Source of the DNA: Daphnia carinata
Lineage: Eukaryota
DNA length: 64,000 nt
Direction of reading: 5' to 3'
NCBI RefSeq assembly: GCF_022539665.2
Contig: NC_081333.1
Coordinates: forward strand, 1,798,001 to 1,862,000
This document shows positions 27,001-40,203 of the stretch, piece after piece (the first letter of the stretch is position 1; every line of letters starts with the position of its first letter). Under the pieces are notes generated by a model. It did not search any database. It saw only the letters and a list, made by a program, of their open reading frames with translations, and had not been told where the DNA came from. Position numbers and translations under genes: made by a program.

Positions 27001-27319
27001 CAACTTCATCTTCTTCTTGTATGAGACTTCTGATGGTTTTACCATACTTGGTGTCTATGACATGAATTCTGTCACCACACTGGCACAACAGGAATTCACC
27101 ATCTTTATTGACCTATAGAAAATTGTCATGTTACACAGTCACTGTTACACTCTATCAATCCACTTTACAATTTCAAATACCTGAACTTTACCCCCAGTGA
27201 AAAATGGCTCCAGTTTGACAGAGACATTGTAACTAAGTAATAAATAAGTATTAAGTTTGAAAATATTAAATTTTAAAATGAGCTTACTTGGCTTTCAAAC
27301 GTTCCGGAGGAGGTGCCAT
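24013..27319 (-). CDS. TBL3: Transducin beta-like 3 / Utp13 WD40 protein
   Basis: LEPFFTGGKVQ start, many WD40 repeats (AHDKDINAVCISPNDNLIASGSQDKLAKIW; GHRRGLWAVQFSP), Utp13 C-terminal WNTNSRHCHQAQ and YNERHMQRL. Confidence 0.93.
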
Positions 27320-27846
27320 GTTACTGAATTGCAACAGAACAAAAAAAAAGGCTCGTTAAAAGTTTATATAAACTGCAACCAGAAACTAAGAACTAAATAC
27401 GGCACAACACACGTGTTTCACAAACATTTGCAGAGCTACGTCGTCTGCAATAGCCGTACTTGCATCAATCGCTGTTTGGGAGCAGCACAGATAATGGCGC
27501 ATTTTTTTTAAATTTCAGTTAAATTAAATTAAAAATAAATAACAAAACAACAAATTAATAAACAAAATTTCAGTTTTTCACCAATAAAAACGCATAAAAA
27601 GAAGCAATAAACAGGTATTCATTCCTAAAGGGATATGTTTAAGATTTTCACAAAATCTGGAATCAAACAATTAAGATTAGTTCCATATTCGCTCCTAAAG
27701 GAAATGTGCAACACAATAATTATTTTCGTATGTAAATTTTTTGCTAAGACGAAAATTTCAAACACAAGATGACTGAAGTGATTCAGAGCTTAGGAAAACA
27801 TAGATATCTTGTTATTTTATGACGCTTGGAGGAAGGAGCAAAAATT

Positions 27847-28833
27847 CTATTTGTTTTCTTCATCTGTATCAATATCTGTGTCACCCTCATAGTCGTCCAT
27901 CCTTGATGTGCTTTGTCTTTCTTGGGTTTGAGGAGCACTCAGAACGCTTTGAGTTTTCGATGGCTCGTCTTTCGTGCTGGCAGTTTCTAAAGTACTGAAT
28001 CTTAGACCTATGGCAAAATAATTCATTACCTATAATACCTGTTTCTAGCCTTTCCTTCAGATGATTAAAGGCAATGCTAAACTGTGTGTATAAGCTCGGT
28101 GTTAAATCTTCCACAATAGTGACATATTTTGTACATCTGTCCATCAACATTGCTGTTTCTAATAAAATAATTAGATGGGGAAAAAAAAGGAATATAGATT
28201 TTTAAAAAAATATATAATATGAATTCTTTGCTGAATTGTTCTTTTATATAATTTGAAGTAATCCATATAATACCTTTGTTAAGCTTTTCAATTAGGTTAT
28301 CCTTTACAACAAGTTCATCAGACATTTCAGTTATATTTTTGGCAATGGCTGCCATAAATTCTGGAAGGCTGATTTTTAGCTCAATTTCTTTGAGGTGCAT
28401 AACAGCTATTCGAAATGATAACTCTTTAGAAGTCAGTTTTTTTATCACTAGAATATCATTAGTAAGGCTTATATGATAGGACGATGGAGATCTCGTAGCT
28501 TCTTCCAGTTGAGACTTATAGTCAGTCAGATTTAGCTGTAACTGTGCAGCCATTGTTTCACACTGTTCCTCTTCTATCTTTAGAAAACATTAGGCAAATA
28601 ATACAGTATGTTAAATTGCGGTCATAACTTAAATATAAGCAAAAAAGTCTTTAAAATTTAAAATGCTTATGATAAGTGTTCAAAACGTTGTTTTTTGCGC
28701 TAACACATACCCGTCCTTTCCATGTTTTACAGTTTTCATAGTCAAAAAGTGATACTTCTCCGTAACTTTCTGTCCATGTTAAGCGTAACAGGTATGTGCT
28801 TTTATCATTCACATTTATGTTTATGAAAGCCAT
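27847..28833 (-). CDS. XRCC4: XRCC4-like NHEJ protein
   Basis: Head-domain pattern YLLRLTW..SLFDYENCKTWKGR|IEEEQCETMAAQLQ..YKSQLEEA, coiled coil, LYTQFSIAFNHLKERL (cf. human LYKRFILVLNEKK) and acidic tail YEGDTDIDTDEE (cf. human YDESTDEE). Confidence 0.65.
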
Positions 28834-29076
28834 TGTTAACGACACAAGGAAAGAAAATTTAGAATAACGTAAGCCTTGAGAAGTTGAGACTTCGTACTGT
28901 TTTGATTTTTCTGCAAGGTTGCCATTTATTGTCATTCTTTGCTTCAACTGTACTTACTTATTGCATTTTTAATCGGTATTTACACAGGTAAGATCCCACT
29001 ATTTTCCCGTAAAAAGTTTAATGAGCAACAAGAAATAACAACAATTATTCCAGATAAGGTAGGGGAAATTCCAAAT

Positions 29077-32000
29077 TTATCGTATGTGAGACAACCCCAT
29101 TTGTTGGCGCGCATATTCCCAAATAAAGACTATTAACGTACGGAAAAAAAAAAAGAAGAGATACGTATTAACAAAAAAAAACATAGGTAAAATATACTTT
29201 ATGCTTACTGGCTCCGGTGACATGGACGTTCATTGATCTAATTATTCCCTCTTGTGGCACTTCAACGCAGACATCAAGGTGTTGAATCAGCTCGACAGGA
29301 ATGCCTTCTTTTTCATGACTAGTTTTCCACAACAACTATACTTTAAAGGATTTGATATTAACATAAAGTAAAAATAGTTTACCCAAGAATAAGAGCTGAT
29401 TTTTTGGGAAAAGTGAAATGATTTAAGGGTTGGCTGCTCGCCGTTTGTTCCGCCCCGACAACAGTGTAGCCTTCCAGCTTTAGTTGTTTTACATATTCTA
29501 CTAGTTGAAACGGCTTTATCTAAACACAGAAATGAAAAAACATAAAAAAAATTGCTATTTTTCTATAAATAGAAACATACTTCAAGTACGTTGATCCATT
29601 TTTCAGCCGAAACACTGAGGCTTACGAAATCTTTCTCTTCAGTGATCCGCAATGAGGACAAGACGAAATCTCTTACGCCGAGTACTTCACAAGTCCGACA
29701 CAATCCTCCTAAATTTGGTATCCGATCGACAAGCGAAGCAATCACAATAAGATCATTTGTAGTAGTCTTCTTCCTGCCGGCAGATACGACAAGGCTATTG
29801 ACATCCGGTAGCATTTGCTTCCACGGTGTTATCTTTTTCTGAACATTCCGAACTGCCATTGCTGGACTAACGGAATCATCTTGAGTGAAGGCTGGCGCAC
29901 CTCCAGCTGCCCTGGCCACCCATTCAGCTGGTTGACAATCGGCTAGTTGTCCGTCCGCATTGCGACAAGGAATCCAAGTTTTAACGCCATCAAACCATTC
30001 GGCAGGTAGCCACTCTTCGCAGACCAAATGTGAAAGTCTTGGTAAATGATAACATAGCGTCTCCAAAGTAAAATGGGATAAAGGGTGGAAAACACTGAAA
30101 TAGAAATCTTGGCTCAATTTTTCTAAATTTCGTTGCGTATTTGGCATGTCGGGGGCATGGCGCAAAATCTGTTGAGTTGTTGAATATATTTTCAGTAACG
30201 AATTAATTTTTGAGGATTCGCAGACTGTCCAAATTATTCCAAGAATGACAGTGGCGTAAAGACGGGGAGTAAAATGTTGAGCCATAGCCCACGGAATAAC
30301 GCGTGGTAAGGCATTTGATGCAAATGATGCTAATCTTTCACAATCAGCTAGGCAACGAGTTTCATGTCCTATTATGGACAAAAAGGAGACCATTGAACCG
30401 GCTCTCTGTTCTACTGCGTCGTCCATTGTTTTCCAGAAAATCTTTTCTAACTCTGGCGAGTGATAAATGGTCCGTACCACCGTCCACTCTTGCAAAAATC
30501 GAACGCTAGGTTGTGGATTGTCATCCACTAGCCCTGAAAGGGCTGCTTCCATAATTTCTGTTGCTAGTTTGTGGCCAAGTGGTAATAAATCCTGTAAGAT
30601 TATTAATGCAAGCCACAAGCGATGCTTTACGCGATGTCCATGTGAGCTGGAAAAATAACGCGTTTTCGTCTCTGACATGGTCTTATCTTCTTTCAGCAAG
30701 GCTTCCACTAGACTTTCTACCATGGCCATGTGCTGTTCGTTCAACTTGTTGAAGGAAAGTAGGAAGCGCAAGCCTTGGAAGCGTACTTTCCCGTCAGCCA
30801 TGTCTTCACTGTACAAACAATTTTAACAATGTTAAACAGAAAAGATTAAACTTGCCGTTAAAATGGCAATACAAAGTAACTTCATACCTCCGAAGGTGAA
30901 TATTTGCAGGACATCGTTCGCCTAGGGAACGCACAAAGGCACAAGTTTCAAAAAATATCCTGTAAAATGTCAAAATAAGCCGAAAACGGATTTTAGGTAA
31001 TAAATAGGTAATAATATAATTTTAAATATTTAATAAAGAATGAAAATTAAGTAAATTTAATTTAAAAAGTGATTTACATTTCATCCCGGCGATGAATCAG
31101 TCCAAAAGTAATGAGATCAACGACGAACTGGATCGTATAGGAATCGTTTGATGGGAAGGCAGTGGTGGTCCAGATATCAATTATGCGTTCAGCAGAGAAA
31201 TTGAAAAGTTGCAGAATATTCTCTCCTTGGTTTTTTAATTCAGAGAGAAAACCGAAAAGCTGTGGGCGAATTTCAGGATGCTCCATTAGAGAACTATTGA
31301 AAGCTGTTTTGGCAAATTGTTCCATCAGGTCCCAAAAATGGTCCGAACGGCGATATTCAAAGCACACAGTCCAACAGGCTTTGAGGCTTGAGAGGCATAG
31401 GTCGGGATTAGATTCACACACTTTGGGCAAAAGATGACCCAGACAGTTAAAAATCGATTTCACAGCTTCCACACCAGCTATATCCATTGCACAAATCACT
31501 TCATTTACCAATTCCTCCGGATTTAATTTGGGTTCTATGAATGCTAGGCGTTGCTGTATCAGTGTCCATAGTTGAGAAAAGTAATGGGACATAAAAGCGC
31601 CCCATGTGACATATTCTAAGGCGGAATCATCACGTTGTGGAGCGCGGCAATGCATTTTTAATGAAATCATTTCATGGATGAACTGGTCCACTACAGGCTG
31701 GTTGAATCGGGCAATAAGGTACAATATAGAAATGCTTTTAAATTTTTCTAGGGCAGAACATCCATCAAGTAATTTACGTGCCATCATCTCTAACCTCTTT
31801 CCAGGTGCAGCTATCACTCCGATAAGATCTTCTGTTTTTGCAATGGATTCCAACACCGATAGGCTTTCACAAACGCTATTGTAGTTCGCTGCCGATTCGA
31901 TTTGATCGAGACAATAATGTATCACCGACTCGGTGAATGGAAATACCAGGCGGAGAACTGCAGTAGAATTTGAAGAACGAACTTCATCTAACAACGTAAC

Positions 32001-33803
32001 CATCAATTTCATTCGTTGATTTAACGTGCGCGGATCCGCATACAAGCGAGTATGGCAGTCTATGAGAGGCTCCAAACGCATCTGCATTTGTCGTATGCCT
32101 TCTAAGTCGGTAGTTTCGACATCCATTAACAAAACTGCGAATCTAGCCACAGCTGTGACATCCACTGAGTAGGCAGTGCGAACGTCACCACTTGGTTCAA
32201 AATGCATGGACAAAAGTTGACCGAGCAACTGCCCGTGCTGAACTGGAGTAAAATTTTCGTTTATCCAAATCTTCAGAGTGGCATAGAGAGGAGCTGTGCG
32301 GATGTAACTTTCATGAGGATTGAGAGTTGCTAAAATGAGCGCTACCCACAGTAGATTTTCTTGAGAGACTACGATCATGTTCAATACGAATTCCAACAGT
32401 AGTCCCTGTATGGCTCCACGAAGCAGCGGGTGGTGCGTGTGCAAGGCACTGCGAAGAAATTCCAGCACAATCTGAAGGGCTTCGCCGTCGAGAATTGCGT
32501 TTCGTGGAAGGGAGGCAAAGGCGTAAACCAAATGAAATAGACCAACCGCGTTCCATGGAACGAGGGACATTTTACCTAGTAACCGGATAAAGAATCCTTC
32601 GCGTTCCATTTCCATTGTTGCACATTTTTGCAAGAATTTTCCCAAATCTATTCCCAATTGGGGAAGCTGGCATGCTTTTTCTCGGACGTAAAAAACCATA
32701 TTGTTAAGACCCATAAGTAGAGCATCGTAAAGCCAATCACTTTGTCCAATTCCAGGCCAGTGTTCAACTTTTAGCTGGCAGAGTTTATGTAAGCCCCATT
32801 TGATTACTTGGATATTTTCGTGAGATAAAATCCGTTTATAAATACATAATATCCAGGAAGGATCAGATTCTTTCTTGATAAGTATGCGGTCTTCCAATGA
32901 CTTCATTCTGGTAAGCACAGGGTTTACAATATGCATTTGTTTCTCTTCTAATGTTTCCATAACCAAAATGAAATCATTGAAGAGGTTGACATTTGCGTCC
33001 GTTGCGTCCACATAGCGCTTCAATAAATACTGTGAACGTTTGCGATTCAGCGCTGCTGGGTTGGACAGGCCTCGCTGGATTGCACGATGAAACCATGTTT
33101 CTTGCAAGACAGTGTGTTGAATGTTTTTGGAAAAAAGAATATCTCCAACACTACACAAGGCAGTGAGGCCAGGATGGTTTGCGAGTTTATCCAAACTGTT
33201 TTCTGCTTCAAAAAGTTCCTGAATGGAATTACAGACTGTTTCAAATAATGATTCATGATTGATTACAGCAGGTAGCATGAAGGCTAGTGCTTCAACAATG
33301 GAATTTTCGTTCCTGGATTGAATCATTGCTGGAATGACTTCTAATAATTTAGTTTGATTTTTAAGCATACCAGTTTTCACAAATGTTGGTAAAGTCAATG
33401 ATAAAACTGTTGTTGCGGTTTGATAATCTATAATACAATCATCATGCTGTTGATGGGTATTTGACTGTTGAATAATATTGAACTGCAGGTCTTCAAGAAA
33501 AGCCTCAAGCTCGCTTTCAATGTCCACTTTTTCTGCTTTCTCAGATAGAATTACAAGAATCTTGCAAATAATTCTAGCTTGAGCAGAGTTGTCTTGTTTT
33601 TTTAAGTGTAACAAACAAGTATTAACAATTTCTTTTGCATTAATCTTGACACTTTTTCCGGCGCTGCTCAAGAGAAGATGAAGAACCTTCCAGTTGTGAA
33701 TGGGATCGGCACCTGATTTCAAATCATCCAACACTTTTTCTACAGCTTCCTCCAAACTCTTTTCACTAACGAAATTGAGAACGAAGGAAATATCTTCACC
33801 CAT
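29077..33803 (-). CDS. TARBP1: tRNA Gm18 2'-O-methyltransferase (TARBP1/TRM3, SPOUT family)
   Basis: 909-aa and 417-aa ORFs. C-terminal SpoU motifs: [87 protein letters not shown]. Confidence 0.93.
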
Positions 33804-34037
33804 TTTTGGTAAAGAAATGTAAAATAAGAAGTGGTAAAAACGCTTATGGTAACAATAACTAGCCTTTCAAACAGAGCACGATATACCCTACTCTTCAAAT
33901 CACGTTTTTTTACACGTTTTTGAAGCAGACGATGCAGCTTTAAATATCGATAAACCCTGGTAACGAGCAATCGATAGATTTTTGAATACGATTAAGGCGC
34001 CAAGTATCGAATTATTTGTATACTAGTCTTCCTACCT

Positions 34038-34820
34038 ACTAGCCTGCTAGCCGCACTACTGTACGCTCTACTGGTGTTAAACACAGTAAGCAACAAAAAC
34101 AGATAGAGAGATAAACAGATACAGAGAAAAACGTGTTAAGAAGAAGAAAAACTAAAACTAAGAAAACAACAAAAACTTAGGTATCGAGGAGGATCACATA
34201 GCCCGATTATTAGCTGCCTGCATCCATGAACCTAGTGGCCATGGGGAGGCTTACCAACAACCTACGAGCTACGATTACCTCTTCTCTACCTAAGCTTTTG
34301 GGTCGATCTTCGATGTAGTGAAAGGTACTACAGATCGATGTGAAACGTCTGTATATGTGTATGTGTGTGTTTTTTAAGTGTGCTATTTTAGCCCCTTTAT
34401 ATTAGGCATGGCTCTTCTTCTTCATTCTTCCTTGCTTCTTTCTTGAAATGATGTCCGAAGCGATGAATAACTTGCGTAATTCGACGAGATGGAGAATCTT
34501 GCGAATCCGTTGTGATGAAGATGCTGAATGTTGCGTAATCCAATAAGATGAATCTTGAATGGGAGGAGAGGGTGGGTGGGCGGAGAGCTTGGAGGGAAGG
34601 GAGGGCATGGAAATTTGAGGTGGCGGGATTTGAGCCCGGGACTACAGAATACAAAGCGAGGGCGATAACCATTGTGCCAGGACCGCACATTCCAACCACT
34701 TTTAGCTTTACGTGTCACCCGTTCAAATACGCGTTTATGTACACACAAAATAAAGTGATGTATGGGCCTGTGGCATAATTCGCGGCTGCAATGCTGAATT
34801 CGCGGGTTCGAATCTTTGTT
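34038..34820. mobile_element. Putative non-autonomous repeat(s) with tRNA-derived heads and a possible Helitron-like 3' end
   Basis: Minus strand 34618-34690 has A box TGGCACAATGG and B-box-like GGCTCAAATCC. Plus strand 34765-34817 has TGGCATAAT and GGTTCGAATC. A minus-strand hairpin CGTAC-agta-GTGCG is followed by CTAG|T at 34038-34065. Confidence 0.4.
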
Positions 34821-35177
34821 AAATAACTTTATATTGCTTTTTATTTTATTTAAATATTTTTTTTGCGTTTAGCAAGGAATCTTATTTCATTACCACATAC
34901 AAGATTTTCTATGCTACCCTTTTATGAACTGCACTACAAGAAGGGTTATATTGAGCAATACCACCTCTTGAAGAACATTAAATAGTTTTTGGTTGAATGG
35001 CTACATGTCAGATTTTAAACAAGCAAGAAATTGTCATAGTACGACTTAAATGGACCAGAGGCATCTGAAAGTGAATTTGCATCAATCTCCCTATATATTT
35101 TTCACATCGATAACTGGTGAAGTGAATGAAGCTTAATATACTTTTAGTTTGTTGAATCGCTTATCAAAGCGGTGCAT

Positions 35178-36793
35178 TTAACCGGCTCTGCTATCAACTT
35201 CTTTTGTATTATCCGCCAAATTGTTCCAATCAGGGACGCGGTTGGACTGCACGTACACTTCACGTGTATAACTTCGTGTAGCAATCGCTTCCGTTGCACC
35301 CAATATCGCTCCTATTGAAATCATGTTTTAGTTAACGACAATTTCATTTCAAAATAACATAATGTAAAGGGATACCTCCGAGCCAAGCAGTGTAGTTGGA
35401 TTTCGCAGGTGGCTTATGAACTTTTAGTGCTTTAAGAGCTATCCGGCTGGAATATTTGGGGTGTTGCTGCAAATCCTTTATTTCAGCCAGTAGACGAAAT
35501 TTTAGACCAGGCAACATAGATCCTCCGCCTATTATTACGAGATTTTCGGCAAGCGGGACGCGGAAATCAATTGGTGACTGTTTTGGAAAAATGAAACTGT
35601 TCATTATCCCATACTGGTAGTTTTTTTAGAATGTATACGTACTGCGAGTATGCCATCCAGCACCATAGATGCGAGTGATACCATCTCATTATCCGTTTCA
35701 AAAAGAACTTCGGCTGATTCTTCACGGACAGACCCATCCAAAGTCAAATTATTATTGCCAGACAAGGGATAAAGAATGGTGGGAGGTGGCACAGGTGGCG
35801 ATGGCCCATCTTCATCCGTCCGAGCAGCAACAAGTTGACGGGCTCTTGGCAGCGTAGTAACAAAACAAGTGCGTACCACAATATCTTCTAAGATTGCCCG
35901 AGATAGCTTCGGCATAACATCAACCAAGTCGACTTTTTGACCACCATTTCCCTGTACTTTAGCGCGTAGCAACAAAAGAGACTCTAACCGTCTGTAAAGA
36001 ATTACATGCTACATTAATAGTTGGAATAAACCTGCAATGCTAAACTACAGGGCATGACAGCTATCTTATACAATTGTTGTTTCAAATTTAAATCAATTGT
36101 TACCCTTGAATTGCTTTAGCTCCTAGAGGCTGGGCCTGATTAGCATGGATCAGAGGAGTTCCCTCACATACTGGTATCATGGTTGTTTCCTCATATCCAA
36201 TATCAATCACAAATGCAGTGTTGATCCCCAAGGTATAAAGAGTGACAAGATGAGAAGGCACAAACAGTACAGATGGTACCTAAATTTTAAAAAAAAACTA
36301 CTTCTTCTTGAATATTGGGTTTCAGAAATTAAAGGAAGGAATACCTCAAAATGAACATAAAGGACATTCGCCAAGACTTCACGAAACTCTGTTGGACATA
36401 ATAGAGATTCAACAATCACAATTCTTCTTTCTCTATGATTGACCAACAAATATCTGTAAAAAACAAAAACAAATTAACTTTTCTGATGCTTCGCTTTTTT
36501 TTTCTCACTATACTTAAAGAAAATATGGTGGAGAAATTTGACCAGATTGGAATGAAGTTCTTTTTTGGTTGAATATTCATGAAGATAAATGCCTTCCGTT
36601 TTTTTTGTTCCCTCTAACTTAGAGGGAATGATGACTCGAGGTTCGTTTTCACCAACAAAACCACACCTGTCAATAGTAAGAAAATCATGGCGATGGACTG
36701 AAAAGTGTAAAAGTGCTCAGTAAAACATTACTTTGTGTATGCTCTTCCGATTTCTAAGACTACGGCATGACGATCATTATCATGAATAGGCAT
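35178..36793 (-). CDS. ACTR10: Actin-related protein 10 (dynactin Arp11)
   Basis: [91 protein letters not shown]. Confidence 0.92.
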
Positions 36794-37198
36794 GTCAATT
36801 ATAACCTAGCGGTTCTGATGAACTTACAAATAAATTGGGAAATAGGAATTAAAAAGAAGGAGAAAAAAATAAACAAGCATTCATCAGGAACGACTGGAGG
36901 TGAGCTATTACGGATGAAAAAACTGGACAAAATGGTTACTACTACCAATACTAGATGGCAATTCAAATCCTATTGACAGCGTCGTCTGCTGGAAAACCGA
37001 ATTAATTAGCATACCATCCACGCGCAGTTCTGAAACTGAAACACATGATATTTCATTTCTTCATTTCTATTTATCCTAATTAGATTTTAAAGGCTGAAGC
37101 TCCTATGTTAACAACCGCGATATAAATAAAATAAAAAACACATTATTTCTGAAAATTTCTTGTTTCAAGCTACGGTACTTCCCTGTACAGATATCTTT

Positions 37199-39021
37199 AT
37201 GTCTACCGGTAAACTAGTTAACGCGTTGTCATTGAGCTTAAAGCAGGTTAGAAAATGTGGTAAATTCAGCACAACACATAGGACACTTTTCACGGTAAAT
37301 GATGTGATGCTCATAAATATTTTAGTATTCTTGATAATTAAAAACTTGCACAGGCAAGTTTCAATCCAAGGAGCATTTTTCAATCCAGGACCTGCCATCC
37401 ACCACTCTATTGCTCCCAGCTGCTAAAGCGTCATTTATTTACCATGAAAGTAGATTCAGAAGATTTCAAGTCTGTCTTTACGGATGAACTTGTACAGCTT
37501 CAAAAGATTTTTGAGAAGTATAACTATGAAATACGATTTGCTGGAGGACTAGTAAGGTAAATTTAGATGTTGTTATTTTCGCTTTCTCTGTGTTGTGAAA
37601 TAATTGTTTTCTGCATTTAGGGATCTATTGATGAATATTAAACCCCACGATTTAGACTTTGCAACCACAGCAACTCCTCAGCAAATGAAAGATATGTTTA
37701 ACTCAGAGAATATCCGAATGATCAACCTTACAGGTGAAAAACATGGAACCATAACAGTACGCATCAATGATAAAGAAAACTTTGAAATCACTACTTTAAG
37801 AATTGATGTAATCAACCATGGAAGACATGCAGAAGTAGAATTTACCCAAGATTGGGAACTGGATGCCAATAGAAGGGATCTCACTGTCAATTCAATGTTT
37901 CTTGGTATTTACTTGATATACTATATATTATTATTACTTAAAAAAAAAATCAATTTTGAATGATAATTAGGTTTCGATGGAACTGTATATGATTATTGCG
38001 GTGGCTGGGATGATTTGCAGAAACGCCGTGTGGCTTTTGTAGGAGATGCACGTACAAGGATTCAGGAAGACTATCTGAGAATTCTTCGCTACTTTCGGTT
38101 TTGTGCTAGAATATCACCTGATCCTAATGTGCATGAGCCTGATACGGAAGAAGCCATACGGGAGAATATAGAGGGCCTCTCTCGGATATCAGGGGAAAGA
38201 ATCTGGCTGGAATTGAAACAAATTCTAAGCAATCGTCATGCCGGAGCTCTTTTAGAAACTATGCTTCGCCTAGGAATAGCCCCCCATATTGGTCTTGGAG
38301 ATAACCTTGATATGGAAGAGTTTAGGCTTGTTTTGGAACGCGCAAGAAGTAACAATATTCAGCTACAACCCATCTCGTTGTTTGCCTCTTTACTTGATTC
38401 AGAAGAAGCAGTAACTAATTAACTTTCTTTATTCGTAGTTTTGGCACCTCCTTGTTAATGACATCTTAATTTTTTTTTTAGGCTGTTACTCTTCATGAAA
38501 GGTTAAAGTATCCAAATTTTGACAAAGAACTTTCGTTTTTCATCGTTCAGTACCGTGATCTCTTACCTGAGCCTTTAAAACCCCTGAGGTAATTGATACA
38601 TTGCTCTAATAGCATTTTATCGGCCTTCAAAATAGAAACATTCGCTTTGTAGACCGTATCAGATGATAGTGATTGACACCAAGCAAAAGATGAAAGATGC
38701 AATTTTTAGAGGCGCTGAATTGCTTCGCTATCAAGGAAACCTGGAGCTCGCAAATGAATTTGAGAAATGGGTTCCTCCAAGGTTTCCCGTGGGTGGTGCT
38801 GACCTGAAAAGTGAAGGAGTTCCAAGTACATGACTCATTATTTTTCAAAGACCTGTTTCTTTACTCACTAATGTGTTGTTTCAGCTGGCAAAGCCATGAA
38901 TATGGTTATACAACGGCTACGAAGCAAATGGAAAGAAAGCGACTTCCAAATCAGCCATAAAGAACTAGTTCAATGCATCCCAAACGTGATGGAAGATCTA
39001 GGGCTTAAAGTGCAGAAGTAA
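37199..39021 (+). CDS. TRNT1: CCA-adding tRNA nucleotidyltransferase
   Basis: [82 protein letters not shown] second in-frame ATG lies at 37444. Confidence 0.95.
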
Positions 39022-40203
39022 TACATCTTTAATCTGTATGTGAAGAAAGTAAAGAAGGAATTAAACAGTCTAAGCTGTATAGTGTTACTCTCTCTGTTTT
39101 TACGGTATATTTGTTGTTTATTATTATTCTTTAATTTAAAAATCTAATTTTTTCCGAGCTAAATTTCGGAAATATTCCCTGATGATTTTAATGCTTACAC
39201 GTTTTAGGAAGCCCAAGGTTACCGTAACCCTGCAATTTGTAGTGGTCCCACTGCATAACGTTTCCTTAGAAATGATATTCCGAATTTCCTTTTTCAACCT
39301 TTTAAGGCTTTGTTTATACTGTTCATTTCATTGCACAGGATTAGCAGGATTTTTTCTTTCTAATCCAAGTAAATAAAATGACATCGCAGAAATGGAATGA
39401 CGATTGCGGATTTTCTGAAAGGCCACCGAACGAGCTTGTCACAAACGATGCTGATTCAGCCAATGGTATGTGCACCATCGTAAGGGGGAATACCCTTTTC
39501 TTTTGATATCTTTATCAATTTATTAAATTTTTTTAATGCTTTTTAATTCTACATCAAGTTGTAACTAGATTGTTTTAGATTAATATTCTGCTGTAGGTAG
39601 CATAATTAGTTAAGATTTTTCTTGTTATTTGACTTGTTGTCCCATAACCTAGGAAAGGTTGTATGCCTGACCAAAGACAATTTTTTTCTCTATTGTGTTC
39701 ACAGACAAAAGGCGACATAGCGGGACAAGGATGATACGGTTCGAACACAAAAAGGGTTGATCAAATGAATTTTCTGGAGTGTGGATCGACATCTACACGT
39801 TGCTGGAAACCTAATCTACATAGTAATCTGTTCTACTGATAGTCACTGCAAGAAAATCTTGCAGGCAGTAGTTTGTGTATATTCCATTCCAATCACAAAG
39901 CCGTCCGGTATCCAAGGTAACTTCTTGATTGAAATGGAAAGTCTTTCTACCTTACAATTCATTACATGACATTAGGCCTTCTCAGTCAATACGCTCGCTA
40001 TTGTTATAACGTTTGTATTGGAAATAACGGGGTTGGAAGCTCATTTGTAGATGATGGCGAAAACAATGGTTATCTTGGTATGGAGAGGTATTTTTCAACG
40101 ATGAAGACTCCTACTCCACTGTTTTATAAAAAACCGACCAGTTCAGTAGTTTGACCAATATCATACTGAACGTCTTAACGAAAGACGGTGACAAAAAAAA
40201 ACG

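Noticed and set aside
34397..34778. Several overlapping 70-108 aa ORFs
   Set aside because: No domain signal or consistent splice structure; they fall within the repeat-like segment.
34618..34817. Functional tRNA genes
   Set aside because: A/B boxes are present, but the anticodon and acceptor stems do not pair, so they are treated as tRNA-derived repeats.
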